DNA from: a virus
Reading direction: 5' to 3' (one strand)
Virus record (IMG/VR): IMGVR_UViG_3300002835_000015
Span: 1-64,000 of that record
DNA length: 64,000 nucleotides
The notes beneath the pieces are model-generated. The model was given only the letters and a program-made list of their open reading frames with translations, did not search any database and had not been told where the DNA came from. This document shows positions 1 through 10,961 of this stretch, piece by piece (position 1 is the first letter of the stretch; every line of letters begins with the position of its first letter). The position numbers were made by a program, and so were the translations under genes.

Positions 1-2
1 TA

Positions 3-1508
3 GAGTTAAAAGATGGTAAGTTAGCACTGTTCATGGGTATCTCAAATTATACCTTGAGTGCTGGAACATTCTTAGATACTTTTCAGTCAGGCTCACTTCC
101 CAACGATGTTCTTGATAGCTTGCCAACTGATATTAAGAAGGCATTGCTAAACAAAGAAAAAAGAATCCCACTTGATTCAGAAAGACTTTGCGTTTTTCAC
201 TATAAGAAAGATGATTGGCAGATGTGGGCAAATCCCATGATCTATGCTATCTTAGATGATATTATTATGTTAGAAAAAATGAGATTAGCAGATATGTCCG
301 CTTTGGATGGTGCTATTTCTAATATTCGTTTATGGACACTTGGCAATCTTGAACATAAAATTTTACCAAACAAAACAGCTATTAACAAGTTGCGAGATAT
401 TCTAGCCAGTAATGTTGGTGGCGGCACGATGGAACTAGTTTGGGGGCCAGAACTATCCTTCAAAGAATCTAGCAGCGAAGTATACAAATTCCTTGGTTCT
501 GAAAAATATACTTCGGTACTCAATAGTATATATGCTGGGTTGGGTGTTCCTCCAACATTAACTGGTATGGCTACTGGCGGTGGCGGCTTTACTAATAACT
601 TCATTTCGCTCAAAACTCTAGTAGAAAGACTTCAGTATGGTAGAGATCAGTTAACTAGATTTTGGGAAAAAGAAATTGAAATGGTTAGACAGGCTATGGG
701 TTTTAGATACAAAGCCTATATTCAGTTTGATCAAATGACCTTATCTGATGAAGCCGCAGAGAAAGCTCTTCTATTACAACTTGTGGATAGAGATATTATA
801 AGTCAAGAAACTGTTCTTGAAAGATTTAAGGAGATTCCTCAGATCGAAAAGATTAGACTACAAAGAGAATTTGATGAGAGGCAGGGCGAAGATACTCCAG
901 ATAAAGCTGGACCATTCCATAACGCTAATCATAAAATGGATTTGGAAAAGATTGCCTTACAGTCAGGAAAAGTAAATCCACAAGACGTTGGTTTAAAAAC
1001 AAGTGTACCAAAAGATATATTGATGCCAAAACCACCAGCACCCGGTGGTGGTCTTCCAAATGCCCCTAAACCTAGTAATCCAAATGGGCGACCGCTTTTT
1101 AAGCAAGATACCGGACCAAGAAAACAAAGGGTGGCAACTCCAAAAAAGAAACCGGGAGTAGCTGAGTTTGTATATTGGGCAGAAGAAAGCTGGAAAGAAA
1201 TTTCAGACGTTCTTACTAATGCATATTTAAATTCTAAGTCTAAGAAGAACTTAAGGCAGCTAACAAAGTCAGAAGTAAAAGAACTTGAAAAATTTAAAGT
1301 AGATGTTCTTACTAATCTAGACATTATGTCTGAGGTAAATGCTACTTCAATAAGAGATATACTTAGTGAAAATAGAAAAACTCCTACAGCGTTTGCCAGC
1401 GTTCTACAAGAAGAAAGCATTAATCCAGAGTCAATGAATATAGACAAATACAGAATGCGCGTTATAAGTTTATATATCCAATCACAATTAGCAGAAATGG
1501 AAGAATAA
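3..1508 (+). CDS. Portal protein, C-terminal part (5'-truncated by the window edge)
   Basis: The frame is open from base 3, upstream of the track's ATG at 33. Portal-like motifs (IYAGLGVPPTLTG, LQLVDRDIISQETVLERF) are followed by a Pro/Lys-rich tail. It lies upstream of protease and capsid genes. Confidence 0.75.
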   Translation, partial: ELKDGKLALFMGISNYTLSAGTFLDTFQSGSLPNDVLDSLPTDIKKALLNKEKRIPLDSERLCVFHYKKDDWQMWANPMIYAILDDIIMLEKMRLADMSALDGAISNIRLWTLGNLEHKILPNKTAINKLRDILASNVGGGTMELVWGPELSFKESSSEVYKFLGSEKYTSVLNSIYAGLGVPPTLTGMATGGGGFTNNFISLKTLVERLQYGRDQLTRFWEKEIEMVRQAMGFRYKAYIQFDQMTLSDEAAEKALLLQLVDRDIISQETVLERFKEIPQIEKIRLQREFDERQGEDTPDKAGPFHNANHKMDLEKIALQSGKVNPQDVGLKTSVPKDILMPKPPAPGGGLPNAPKPSNPNGRPLFKQDTGPRKQRVATPKKKPGVAEFVYWAEESWKEISDVLTNAYLNSKSKKNLRQLTKSEVKELEKFKVDVLTNLDIMSEVNATSIRDILSENRKTPTAFASVLQEESINPESMNIDKYRMRVISLYIQSQLAEMEE

Positions 1509-1509
1509 A

Positions 1510-1905
1510 ATGGCAGCTGCAAAATATGATTTTGATGTTGAACAGGGTTCTTCTTATAACTTGACATTCATTTATAAAAATAATGCAGGCACAGCAATTA
1601 ATATTACTGATTGGTGCGCTAGGATTTTAATTACGACCAGTGATAATCAAACAATAACTTACACTTCTGGAAATTCTAATTCAGACTACCAAATGTCTAT
1701 AGATGGAGTCAATGGTAAGATAACTCTTATGTTACCAGCTTCTACTACTAATAACTTTGCATTCAAAACAGCAAAATATGATTTTGAGTTAGAATCAAAT
1801 GATATCTTCTATACTAACGGCGGTCGGTATACTACAAGAGTATTATTTGGCCTTATAACAATCATAAAAAGAAATAGCAAAAATTCTACCCAAATGGAGT
1901 GCTAA
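1510..1905 (+). CDS. BppU-N-like fibre-attachment/adaptor protein
   Basis: YDFDVEQGSSYNLTFIYK..G..INITDW.AR...G.I.L.L....T......AKYDFEL pattern typical of BppU-like Ig adaptors. Directly precedes a long fibre gene. Confidence 0.6.
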   Translation: MAAAKYDFDVEQGSSYNLTFIYKNNAGTAINITDWCARILITTSDNQTITYTSGNSNSDYQMSIDGVNGKITLMLPASTTNNFAFKTAKYDFELESNDIFYTNGGRYTTRVLFGLITIIKRNSKNSTQMEC

Positions 1906-4900
1906 ATGAGCAACTACACTATAGAAGTTACTGAAAATGTAGTTAATCTTGATGTTCTCAAAGATCATGATATTATCATAGAGATAAAATCTTCTGATAA
2001 CTTTATTACATTTGACACTCCCAGTGGCTACCCTATATTATTTACTAGCGGAATTCTTCCCGTCAGTAGAGTTGGTAGTGGATACTTAATTGAAAATTTA
2101 ACTAGTGGCAACACTATAGTTAGAACATTTGGTAATCAATCAATAAGTGGAATCAAATTATTTAATGATAATGTTATAATATCTGGCTATTTAGCAACTA
2201 GATCTGAAGCCTCAAATATTGGAGCTTCTCATTTTCCGGTATTTATATCTGATCCATCTACATTTGCCCGTAATATTCATACTAGAACACCTTCACAATT
2301 CAAATCAGACCTTGCTATAAATAATGTTCAAAACATTGCGTTAACTGGCGTAAATTTTTCTGCTGGTAGCGGCTTAATTGGTGGCGGTAATTTATCAGCT
2401 AATAGAAGCTTTGACATTGGACAGGGCGACGGTTTAGTTGTAAGTGCTGATAATATTGCTGTTGATTCTACCGTTGTAAGAACAACTGGTGAACAAACTC
2501 TCTCTGGCGGTAAAACTTTCAGTGGAACTGGAATAAAAATAACAACTGGTGCAATAGGAATAAATCGTAAAGATATTATTTTAAAAGGTAATACAGGAAC
2601 ATTATTTAATAATACTATAACTATTACTCCAACAAATAATCTTTATACTGATAGAGTTTACTATCTTCCAGAGGCTGGTGTTGATGCAGACTTTGTTATG
2701 ACCGCTGGAAGTCAAATCATTACTGGACAAAAAACTTTTACTAGTACAGTTATATTTAATAGTGGCACTTTTCAATCTCTTAAACTTGGTGGTATTGATG
2801 TTTCTGTTAGCGGCCATACTCATACCTCCTCAAGCATAACTGATTTCAATAGTAGTGTTAGTGGATTATTACCAATAACATTATTAACCGCTGGTAGTGG
2901 TATTGGTATATCTGGCGTTGGTTCTAATTATACAATATCTACTACTGGAACATTTGGTTTAACTCAAACTCAAGTAGATTCTAGAGTAAATACTTTAACT
3001 AGTGGAATTTATGCTCCTCTCACTGGGGCTGTTTTTACTGGTATCATTAGTGGACCAAGTGGTAGTTTTACATCTTTAAAAGTATCTAATGTCGATGTTT
3101 CTGTTAGTGGACATACTCACAATATAGCTGATATTACGTCACTTCAAACAACTCTTGACAATAAACAACCTTCTGGAAATTACGCACTTAGTTCTCACAC
3201 TCATGCGTCTAGCAATATTACAGATTTCAATAGTAGTGTAAGTGGGCTAGTGAATGGCATATATGCCCCATTAAGTAGTCCATCGTTCAGCGGAGTTCCA
3301 TTAACTCCAACAGCAACTGCTGGAACTAATAGTACTCAAATTGCTAGTACAGCATTTGTTCGCACAGAAATAAGTAATTTAGTGGCTTCTGCTCCAACTG
3401 CACTAGATACTCTCAACGAATTAGCAACTGCTTTAGGTAATGATGCTAATTTCTCTACCACCGTCACAAATAATCTTGCTGGAAAAGCTAATCTAAGTGG
3501 TGCAACATTTACTGGAAGTATTAGTGGCCCCAGCGGAAACTTTACTTCACTAAAAGTTAACAATGTTGATGTTAGTGCTAATGGTCATACTCACACTATA
3601 TCTGATATTACTAACCTCCAAACCGCGCTTGATGGAAAGCAACCCTCTGGTAATTATGCAGCAAGTTCCCACACTCATACTAGCTCTAATATAACAGATT
3701 TTAATTCTTCCGTTAGTGGTTTATTACCAGTTAAAAATATTCTTGCTGGTTATGATATTAATATTACTAATAATAGCGGCGTTTATACCGTTGCTTCTAC
3801 AAACTTAGTTCACGTTGACAGTCAACAGCCTCAAGGATTTGTCAATAGAACTGATAGTAGAATTAGTGTTAGTGGTAACATATTTAGAATAGAACCCACA
3901 GGAAGTTCATATAGTTATTACAATAAAGGCATCAAAGTTGTTAAAACTAGTGGTGATAGTTTAACTATACCTAATCTTACTCAAATTAATTATATTCATT
4001 TTGATACTGTTAATAATCAAATATCAAATAAAACTACAAGCTTTGATTTTAGTAGTGATATTCCTATCGCATATGTAGCTTGGAACAGTGGAGTTGGTCC
4101 TAGTGGACAAATGACTTTTTTTGCTGAAGAACGTCACGGTATTGTGATGGATACTAGCACTCACAAGTGGATTCATAATACTTTTGGCTCACAATATGTT
4201 GGCGGTTTGAGCATTGGTAATTACTCTACTAGCGGAAATGGAAATAGCAATAGCGATGCTACAATAGCGATTGGTAATGGTACTCTTTATCAAGAAGATA
4301 TTGAGATAAATATTACTAATAGTCCTAGCACTGATCCGTTCTGTCAAGAGTTAAGTCCGATTGCTCAAATTCCAGTTTATTATCACCAAGGAAACACTGG
4401 TCAGTGGGTTAAGAATACCGCCACAAATTATCCAGTAAAGTATGGAGTTAATGGTCCACAGTATAACTTATTAAGCGGTGGAACTTGGACAACTCCAGAT
4501 GTTAGTCCCGGTGGAGCAACAAGATATTTCGCAGTATGGATTCTTGCAACTAATCAGATTGATGATCCTATAATTAGTATTATGGGTCAGAGAGTAGACA
4601 GCAATCCCGGCTCTGCTGAAAGTAATAACTCTTGGAGTGATGTTAATCTTACTAATCTTCCATTAAGCGAAGTTAAACCTCTTTATCGACTAATATTTGC
4701 TGGTGATAGTGATTTTACTAACACTCCAAAATGCTATTTATATAGTATTCTTGATATACGAGTATCTGTGATTAGTACTATTGCTGGAGTTTCTCAGAAT
4801 GATCACGGCAGCTTATTCGGATTAGGTGATGATGATCACTCTCAATATTTACATGTTGATAATGCACGAACGGTTAATGCAATTCATAACTTCGTTAATG

Positions 4901-6675
4901 GATTAACCGTTAATGGTACTAGTGTAAGCGTTAGCGGCCATACTCATACATCATCAAATATTACTGATTTCAATAGTAGCGTAAGTGGACTACTACCGGT
5001 AGGGACTGCTAATTATTTAAGCAAGTTTGGAACTGGTGGTAGCGGACTAGGTAATAGTTTAATTTATGATAATGGTACTAATGTTGGTATTGGAACAAGT
5101 GTACCACAAGCGGGATACAAATTAGATGTTAATGGATCAGCAGTAATAAGAGGTAGTATTCTCACTAATGCTACAATTACAGAGTTTGGAAATTCTAGGT
5201 ATCAGTTACATAGCGGAGCATCAACTAATCAAGTATCTTATGTTTGTAATGGAGGCGGAAGATTTGGTGTTGGTTTTACCGCACCTAGCGGTTTAGTAGC
5301 AATTAGTGGTGGAGTATCTATAGGATCAGCATATAATGTAACTTCTCCAACTAATGGTTTGATTGTAGAGGGAAACGTTGGTATTGGAACCACCACTCCA
5401 AGCGGAGCTTTGCATGTTGTTGGAGATACTTATATTGATAATAGTGCTAAACTCTATATTGTAGGAAGCGGAACATCAAAAACTAGAAATTTTATTTGGA
5501 GTGGTACTAACGGTAATCTAGAAATTAATGCTAATGGTCCTAGTGTAGTATTTTCTCCAGATGGTGGCTATGTTGATCTTGGAAGAACGGTATCTCAATA
5601 TATTAATATAGGACATGGATATCTTAATGCGGGAGCAAATAATCAGCATGTAAGATTCACTCCCGGCGGCGTTGAACTAATGAGGATGACTAATTCTGGT
5701 ACTATTGGTATTGGAACAACAAGCCCACTTGGCACATGCAGATTAACTATTGCTGGTTCTGGATCAACAAGTGCTAGTTCAGCACTTAATGTGGTCAATA
5801 GTGGAAACAGCCCATTATTATTTGTTAGAAACGATGGTAATGTTGGTATAGGTAATAATAATCCATCCTATCGCTTAGATGTTACTGGTAGCGGTAGATT
5901 TATAGGAACTGGATCTTCTTTAATTTTGAATGCCGATGGAAATGTCGCTGGATCTCCATCAATAGAAGCCACAAGCACATATTCAGATATAAACATTAAG
6001 GTTGGTGGTCAAAATATTTTTAGAGGTTTAGATGGCTGGACAGGAACATGGGCTGACTCTGTTGCAACCACATATTTTCAAGTTGGTCGAGCCGCTGGTA
6101 ATACAATATTTACATCTTTAGTGGGAAATAACTTTAATAGATTAGCATTTGCTTCATCAAAAACACTATTTACTAATTCTACATCTAGCATAGCAATACC
6201 ATCTGGCTACTTCAATATAGTTAGAAATTCTAATAGTTTGTTCAATGTGATGGATGATGGTAAAGTTGGCATTGGAACTCAAACTCCAAGTGCTCAACTA
6301 CACGTTATAGGTAGTGGAGTAATTAGTAGTGGATTAATTGTCAATGGTAATCTTACTTTTGATAGTTTCACAGAAAGCGTTGTGGCTATTGGAAATAGTA
6401 GCACATCTCAAACAATAAGCTTAACTAGTGGAACTGTTCAAACATGCACACTAACTGGTAATTGTACATTTACCATGCCAACAGCAACTGCTGGCAAGAG
6501 TTTTAGTTTGTTTCTTAATAGTGGCTCTGGAAATTATACTGCCACTTTTACTGGAGTAAGATGGGCCGATAGTGCCATTCCAACAGCAACAATTACCGCT
6601 AGTAAAGTTGATATATATAGTTTTATTAGTGATGGAACCTATTGGTACGGCAGCTTCTCTCAAAACTATGGGTGA
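1906..6675 (+). CDS. Long trimeric fibre protein (tail or head fibre), 1589 aa
   Basis: Classic fibre repeat (SPSFSGVPLTPTATAGTNSTQIASTAFV...APTALDTLNELATALGNDANF), six HTH knots, several (N/K)VGIGTxxP repeats, S/T/G/N-rich. Confidence 0.85.
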   Translation: MSNYTIEVTENVVNLDVLKDHDIIIEIKSSDNFITFDTPSGYPILFTSGILPVSRVGSGYLIENLTSGNTIVRTFGNQSISGIKLFNDNVIISGYLATRSEASNIGASHFPVFISDPSTFARNIHTRTPSQFKSDLAINNVQNIALTGVNFSAGSGLIGGGNLSANRSFDIGQGDGLVVSADNIAVDSTVVRTTGEQTLSGGKTFSGTGIKITTGAIGINRKDIILKGNTGTLFNNTITITPTNNLYTDRVYYLPEAGVDADFVMTAGSQIITGQKTFTSTVIFNSGTFQSLKLGGIDVSVSGHTHTSSSITDFNSSVSGLLPITLLTAGSGIGISGVGSNYTISTTGTFGLTQTQVDSRVNTLTSGIYAPLTGAVFTGIISGPSGSFTSLKVSNVDVSVSGHTHNIADITSLQTTLDNKQPSGNYALSSHTHASSNITDFNSSVSGLVNGIYAPLSSPSFSGVPLTPTATAGTNSTQIASTAFVRTEISNLVASAPTALDTLNELATALGNDANFSTTVTNNLAGKANLSGATFTGSISGPSGNFTSLKVNNVDVSANGHTHTISDITNLQTALDGKQPSGNYAASSHTHTSSNITDFNSSVSGLLPVKNILAGYDINITNNSGVYTVASTNLVHVDSQQPQGFVNRTDSRISVSGNIFRIEPTGSSYSYYNKGIKVVKTSGDSLTIPNLTQINYIHFDTVNNQISNKTTSFDFSSDIPIAYVAWNSGVGPSGQMTFFAEERHGIVMDTSTHKWIHNTFGSQYVGGLSIGNYSTSGNGNSNSDATIAIGNGTLYQEDIEINITNSPSTDPFCQELSPIAQIPVYYHQGNTGQWVKNTATNYPVKYGVNGPQYNLLSGGTWTTPDVSPGGATRYFAVWILATNQIDDPIISIMGQRVDSNPGSAESNNSWSDVNLTNLPLSEVKPLYRLIFAGDSDFTNTPKCYLYSILDIRVSVISTIAGVSQNDHGSLFGLGDDDHSQYLHVDNARTVNAIHNFVNGLTVNGTSVSVSGHTHTSSNITDFNSSVSGLLPVGTANYLSKFGTGGSGLGNSLIYDNGTNVGIGTSVPQAGYKLDVNGSAVIRGSILTNATITEFGNSRYQLHSGASTNQVSYVCNGGGRFGVGFTAPSGLVAISGGVSIGSAYNVTSPTNGLIVEGNVGIGTTTPSGALHVVGDTYIDNSAKLYIVGSGTSKTRNFIWSGTNGNLEINANGPSVVFSPDGGYVDLGRTVSQYINIGHGYLNAGANNQHVRFTPGGVELMRMTNSGTIGIGTTSPLGTCRLTIAGSGSTSASSALNVVNSGNSPLLFVRNDGNVGIGNNNPSYRLDVTGSGRFIGTGSSLILNADGNVAGSPSIEATSTYSDINIKVGGQNIFRGLDGWTGTWADSVATTYFQVGRAAGNTIFTSLVGNNFNRLAFASSKTLFTNSTSSIAIPSGYFNIVRNSNSLFNVMDDGKVGIGTQTPSAQLHVIGSGVISSGLIVNGNLTFDSFTESVVAIGNSSTSQTISLTSGTVQTCTLTGNCTFTMPTATAGKSFSLFLNSGSGNYTATFTGVRWADSAIPTATITASKVDIYSFISDGTYWYGSFSQNYG
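2797..4998 (+). repeat. Dispersed intragenic repeats encoding VSVSGHTHTSSNITDFNSSVSGLLP-type units
   Basis: Copies near 2800-2874, 3097-3250, 3571-3729 and 4924-4998. The two middle copies are double units joined by ITxLQTxLDxKQPSGNYA. Confidence 0.85.
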
Positions 6676-6678
6676 TAA

Positions 6679-7755
6679 ATGTTTAGTATAAGACAAAATA
6701 CATTCCAAAGATCAACACGACTTCCTAAAAAAAGTCAATTATTGACTATGGATGTTATTTATAAAGGTCAGCCGTTTGTAGAAGTTGTTGCAACTAATAG
6801 TGATGCACTTAGTCTTGATATTATAAAGCAGGCCCAACCCTTCATTCCCGCATTCGATAATACCAAAAAATCATCTCAGTTAATATTAAGTGGTAATAAT
6901 CATCCAGATGTTCAGCTATGGCTAAATAATGTTCAAGCCAATGGTGGAAGTGCTAGTGCTGGAACAATTACGGCTTTAAACACTTTTTGCAATAGCATAG
7001 ATAGTGCTGGGTTGAGGAGCAAATTTTATAGACTTAATTTATTTTGTGGAGATAATTTAAATTCTGCACTAGTGCCAATATATTTATCTACAAATTGGTT
7101 ATCTCCATCCTATGGTTTTGGCAAAGACATTAACTACAATTTTGTTAGTGGAGATTATTCAGAAACTGGCAGTAATGCTGGATTAACTTCTAGTGGAGCT
7201 GATCCCACCCAGCAAAATGTTGGAACTAAGTATTTAGATACTGGATTTTCTCCTTCTATGGTTGGAGCTATTGGTTCACTAATAGATAATTTACATATAG
7301 CAGCTACTGTTTCCACAACAGCAATATCTGCGGCTGGACAAACTATAGTTTATTCTACATCTTCATATGTTGATGTATGGATATTATCAATTCAATTACT
7401 AAGCGGATATGCCAATGTAAGATCCACAATAACCCAGAATGGTATAAATGCTCAATTAAGTCCACTGTCAACAGGTCTAGTATCTCCAGCGACTCATTTA
7501 ATTAATTCTAGATTAACAACAACAGATTCTAGAGTCTATCAAGGTGGATCACAGATTGGAAGTACTAACACCACACCAGTTACTGCCACCTTAACGCGAT
7601 TTACTCCAACATTTTTGCTATTTAGACAAAGTGCTGGATATTATAGTAATCTACGATTAAGTGACTATTCATTGGGACAAGGATTGACAATATCAGAAGC
7701 TTCATCATACAACAGTATATTACAAACATTTAAAAATTCATTAAATAGGACTTGA
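6679..7755 (+). CDS. Virion accessory protein with C-terminal beta-sandwich (LamG/lectin-like)
   Basis: N-terminal duplicated LD/MD..K.QPF motif, a helical DVQLWLNNVQANGG..ALNTFC..IDSAGL segment, and a beta-rich C-terminus. Located in the fibre cassette. Confidence 0.5.
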   Translation: MFSIRQNTFQRSTRLPKKSQLLTMDVIYKGQPFVEVVATNSDALSLDIIKQAQPFIPAFDNTKKSSQLILSGNNHPDVQLWLNNVQANGGSASAGTITALNTFCNSIDSAGLRSKFYRLNLFCGDNLNSALVPIYLSTNWLSPSYGFGKDINYNFVSGDYSETGSNAGLTSSGADPTQQNVGTKYLDTGFSPSMVGAIGSLIDNLHIAATVSTTAISAAGQTIVYSTSSYVDVWILSIQLLSGYANVRSTITQNGINAQLSPLSTGLVSPATHLINSRLTTTDSRVYQGGSQIGSTNTTPVTATLTRFTPTFLLFRQSAGYYSNLRLSDYSLGQGLTISEASSYNSILQTFKNSLNRT

Positions 7756-7756
7756 T

Positions 7757-10700
7757 ATGCCAACATTCTTTTTAGACAGTGAAAATGGTGATGATAACTT
7801 TAGTGGAACTAGCTTTGCTCTTTTGGCTAGTGGTACAGACGGAGCTTTAGCTGCTGGATCTAGTAACGTTTTTGGCATATTAACATCAGCAAGCGCAAAT
7901 TTTCCAAATAATAATACTATAGCTCCTACCAAAAATCTTGCTTGGTATAGTAATTGTTTGTATCTTAACGGCGGATTAACAGCAGCAAAAATTGGTAAAG
8001 AATCCATAGCTGGTCCAAGTGGAATTGATGCTACCGTTTATAAATTGTCAGAAGCCGCTCCACTCACAAATAATATGAGATTTTGGCAAGCAACAAGTTT
8101 GTATACTCCATGGAATACTGGAAGTCAGTATACTATCTCTGTTTATGTTAAAGCTGCGGAAAAAATTAAGGTATTATTGAGACTTGCTAGTGATTCTAAA
8201 ACCGCTAGATATAATCTTAGCACAGGAGTTGTTGAAGCCACAGGTGCTGATCCTTCTGTGTCTTCTAACATAGTAAATGCTGGCAATGGATGGTATAGAT
8301 TATTATTAACAGCAAATACTAGCGGAAGTATTGGTTCTTTGGCCGCAGATACTTTAGAAATAGCTCTACTTCCAAGTTCATCTACCGCTTTAAATTTGGC
8401 TGGCTATGAAGGAAATGATGTTGATGGTGTTTATATCTGTGGCCTTCAGATAGAAGCAGGATCATCTGCTACGTCATACGAAAAACCTCCAGAACAACTT
8501 TTAAATATATTCAATGGTACTAATTATACTCCACTTAATATAACACAAAGAATAGATTCTACTAATTTAAGAGTAGTAATAGTAAATGGTGCGGGTCTTA
8601 ACGTTTCTACTCAAACTAATAGACAATATTATATTGGAGGAAGATGCAAAACATTCACAACTGTTACTAATGCTAATGGTATTGCGCCAGCAAAATTAAT
8701 ACCCGGTGACACAGTTAGAATTATGGGAAGTCCAGCACCAACTATAGTTGGAAGTGGAACATGGTCAACCCTTAGCGGTAGAGTTGGAGCAGGAACTAGC
8801 AATGTGGTTACTGCCACAAATGCTAGCCCCATAAGAGTAACTTGTGCTAGCACAATGGCTTCTTTGGGTATAGGTGACGGAGATACAGTTTTAGTTAATC
8901 TCGTTACTTCAACTGGTGGAAATACTAATGCTAATGGAGTGTGGACAGTTTCAAATGTCAGTGGCAGCAGTTGCGATCTTGTGGGATCTAGTGGTAATTT
9001 TAATCAAACAGCTAGTAATGGTATCTTAAGAAAGATGACTCATAGGGTTGTTACATTAAATAGTGCTGTTACAGCAAATATAGCTAGTTGTGGCAATAGA
9101 GGAACAGCATCTAATCCAAGAACAGTATGGACAGCTGCTACTAATGTCACAACTTCGTTATCTACTATAGATGTTGCTGCTGGAGATTCTAAAGAAGGAG
9201 ACTGTTCTGATAGTATTGCTATTGGGGCAGCATTTGTCACCGGTAAGGCCGCATACAAATCAACGGGAACCCTTAATCTAAGCGGCTATCAACAGCTTAG
9301 TTTTTATATTAAACAAACTGCTGGTACTTCAACTGTAAATGGCGATATTAGTCTACGATTATGCTCTGATGCAACTGGAGATACTACAGTACATACATTT
9401 AATATTCCAGCAATAGTTGTTAACAATAACTGGATTCCTTTTACAATTGATCTTGGATCATCGATGAGTAGTACCATTAATAGTATTGCTTTATATGTTG
9501 ACACTGATCGTGGCGCACAGACATTTTTACTTAGTAATATAATTGCTTGCAAAGCTCCATCCTTACCAGATAGTTTAAATCTTCAATCTTTGATTAGCAA
9601 AAATACTACTGATGAGTTATGGTATCCTATTATGAGCATTAACGGAACTAGAGTAATGATTGGTCAAGGGGCCAATCTTGGTATCAATACTTCAAGTACC
9701 ACACATAGAGGAGGTTATTATGGAGTTACAGAAAATGTTACTACATATAAACGAGAAAGTATAAAAACTCCAATATTAAATACCGTTTCAACTGTTAATC
9801 AAAGTTTTGCCGAAGGTGGATTTGTCGGAAATTATATTAATTATGAATTTGGATGGGATAGAACCAACATGAGTGTTCAAAATCTTGATACATTCTATGA
9901 TGGTCTTAACGGTTTTGGATATTGTTTTGCTTCCAGTAATTTCAATTATATACGAATAAACAAATTAGGAATGGTAAGATATCAAAGACCACTGAGACTA
10001 GCCGGATGTGCTTTTGGCAATCATGGAACAATAGAATCCGTTGGTTCTTCTGAATATTCTTTTGATATTACTGGCGGTACTAGTGAAAATATATTTGACG
10101 TTTTAAAGAGTTCTAGCTCGTCTTCGCAGGGACTTGCATTGAGTTTTGGTTGTAATGGAAATATATTTAACAAATTTATAGGTACTAATCATGCTAATAA
10201 TTCAATATTTATGACTCAGGGTTGTGGATATAATAGATTTAATTATATATTGTCAGCACATAATAATTATAGTATTTTTATAGATGGTGGTTCTAATAAT
10301 ACTTTCATAAATGGTAACTTTATTCAAAATGCTGGTGACGCAGTAAGATACTATGTTGCAGATAATGAAAATTATGTTAACTGTACAACCACTAACAATG
10401 GAAGTACCTATGGAATGTATTTATTTAATGGCGAAATATTCTTAAAAAATTGCACTATAAATGACAGTTTAGAATTCGGTTGTTATACTTGGGGAAATAG
10501 TAGAATATATAGTTCTAATCATGATAATACTAGCGGCAATTATTTAATAACAACAGATGCCGGAATTATACGCGCACAAACAAATGTTAGAAAAACTAAT
10601 TCTGGATACTCATGGAGTTTGGCCCCAACAAGCACTACTTTTAGAGGATCTTTTTATCCATTAGATTTTAAGATAGCTACAGTAGCAGTTAATGCAAACG

Positions 10701-10954
10701 CTTTGGTTACAATAAAAGCATGGATGAGAAGAAATAATGATTTGCTAAACTTGGGACTAAGAATTAAGGGTGGACAAATAGCTGGCGTTCCTAATGATAT
10801 TACAAGTTATGTGACATCAACTTTGGACACTTGGCAGCAAGTTACTCTAACTTTTACTCCTACCGAAGTTGGAGTAGTAGACATATCAGCAGAATGTTGG
10901 GGTGGTTCATCTTATACTGGATACGTAGACGATCTCACTATAATACAAGCATAG
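7757..10954 (+). CDS. Multi-domain spike/adhesin with carbohydrate-binding-like domains and a C-terminal beta-helix
   Basis: YTISVYVKA...NAGNGWYRL...GLQIEAGSSATSY CBM-like motif, Asn/Gly-periodic beta-helix-like repeats around aa 740-910, and a C-terminal WQQVTLTFTP...YVDDL CBM-like domain. Confidence 0.6.
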   Translation: MPTFFLDSENGDDNFSGTSFALLASGTDGALAAGSSNVFGILTSASANFPNNNTIAPTKNLAWYSNCLYLNGGLTAAKIGKESIAGPSGIDATVYKLSEAAPLTNNMRFWQATSLYTPWNTGSQYTISVYVKAAEKIKVLLRLASDSKTARYNLSTGVVEATGADPSVSSNIVNAGNGWYRLLLTANTSGSIGSLAADTLEIALLPSSSTALNLAGYEGNDVDGVYICGLQIEAGSSATSYEKPPEQLLNIFNGTNYTPLNITQRIDSTNLRVVIVNGAGLNVSTQTNRQYYIGGRCKTFTTVTNANGIAPAKLIPGDTVRIMGSPAPTIVGSGTWSTLSGRVGAGTSNVVTATNASPIRVTCASTMASLGIGDGDTVLVNLVTSTGGNTNANGVWTVSNVSGSSCDLVGSSGNFNQTASNGILRKMTHRVVTLNSAVTANIASCGNRGTASNPRTVWTAATNVTTSLSTIDVAAGDSKEGDCSDSIAIGAAFVTGKAAYKSTGTLNLSGYQQLSFYIKQTAGTSTVNGDISLRLCSDATGDTTVHTFNIPAIVVNNNWIPFTIDLGSSMSSTINSIALYVDTDRGAQTFLLSNIIACKAPSLPDSLNLQSLISKNTTDELWYPIMSINGTRVMIGQGANLGINTSSTTHRGGYYGVTENVTTYKRESIKTPILNTVSTVNQSFAEGGFVGNYINYEFGWDRTNMSVQNLDTFYDGLNGFGYCFASSNFNYIRINKLGMVRYQRPLRLAGCAFGNHGTIESVGSSEYSFDITGGTSENIFDVLKSSSSSSQGLALSFGCNGNIFNKFIGTNHANNSIFMTQGCGYNRFNYILSAHNNYSIFIDGGSNNTFINGNFIQNAGDAVRYYVADNENYVNCTTTNNGSTYGMYLFNGEIFLKNCTINDSLEFGCYTWGNSRIYSSNHDNTSGNYLITTDAGIIRAQTNVRKTNSGYSWSLAPTSTTFRGSFYPLDFKIATVAVNANALVTIKAWMRRNNDLLNLGLRIKGGQIAGVPNDITSYVTSTLDTWQQVTLTFTPTEVGVVDISAECWGGSSYTGYVDDLTIIQA

Positions 10955-10961
10955 GTGAAAT

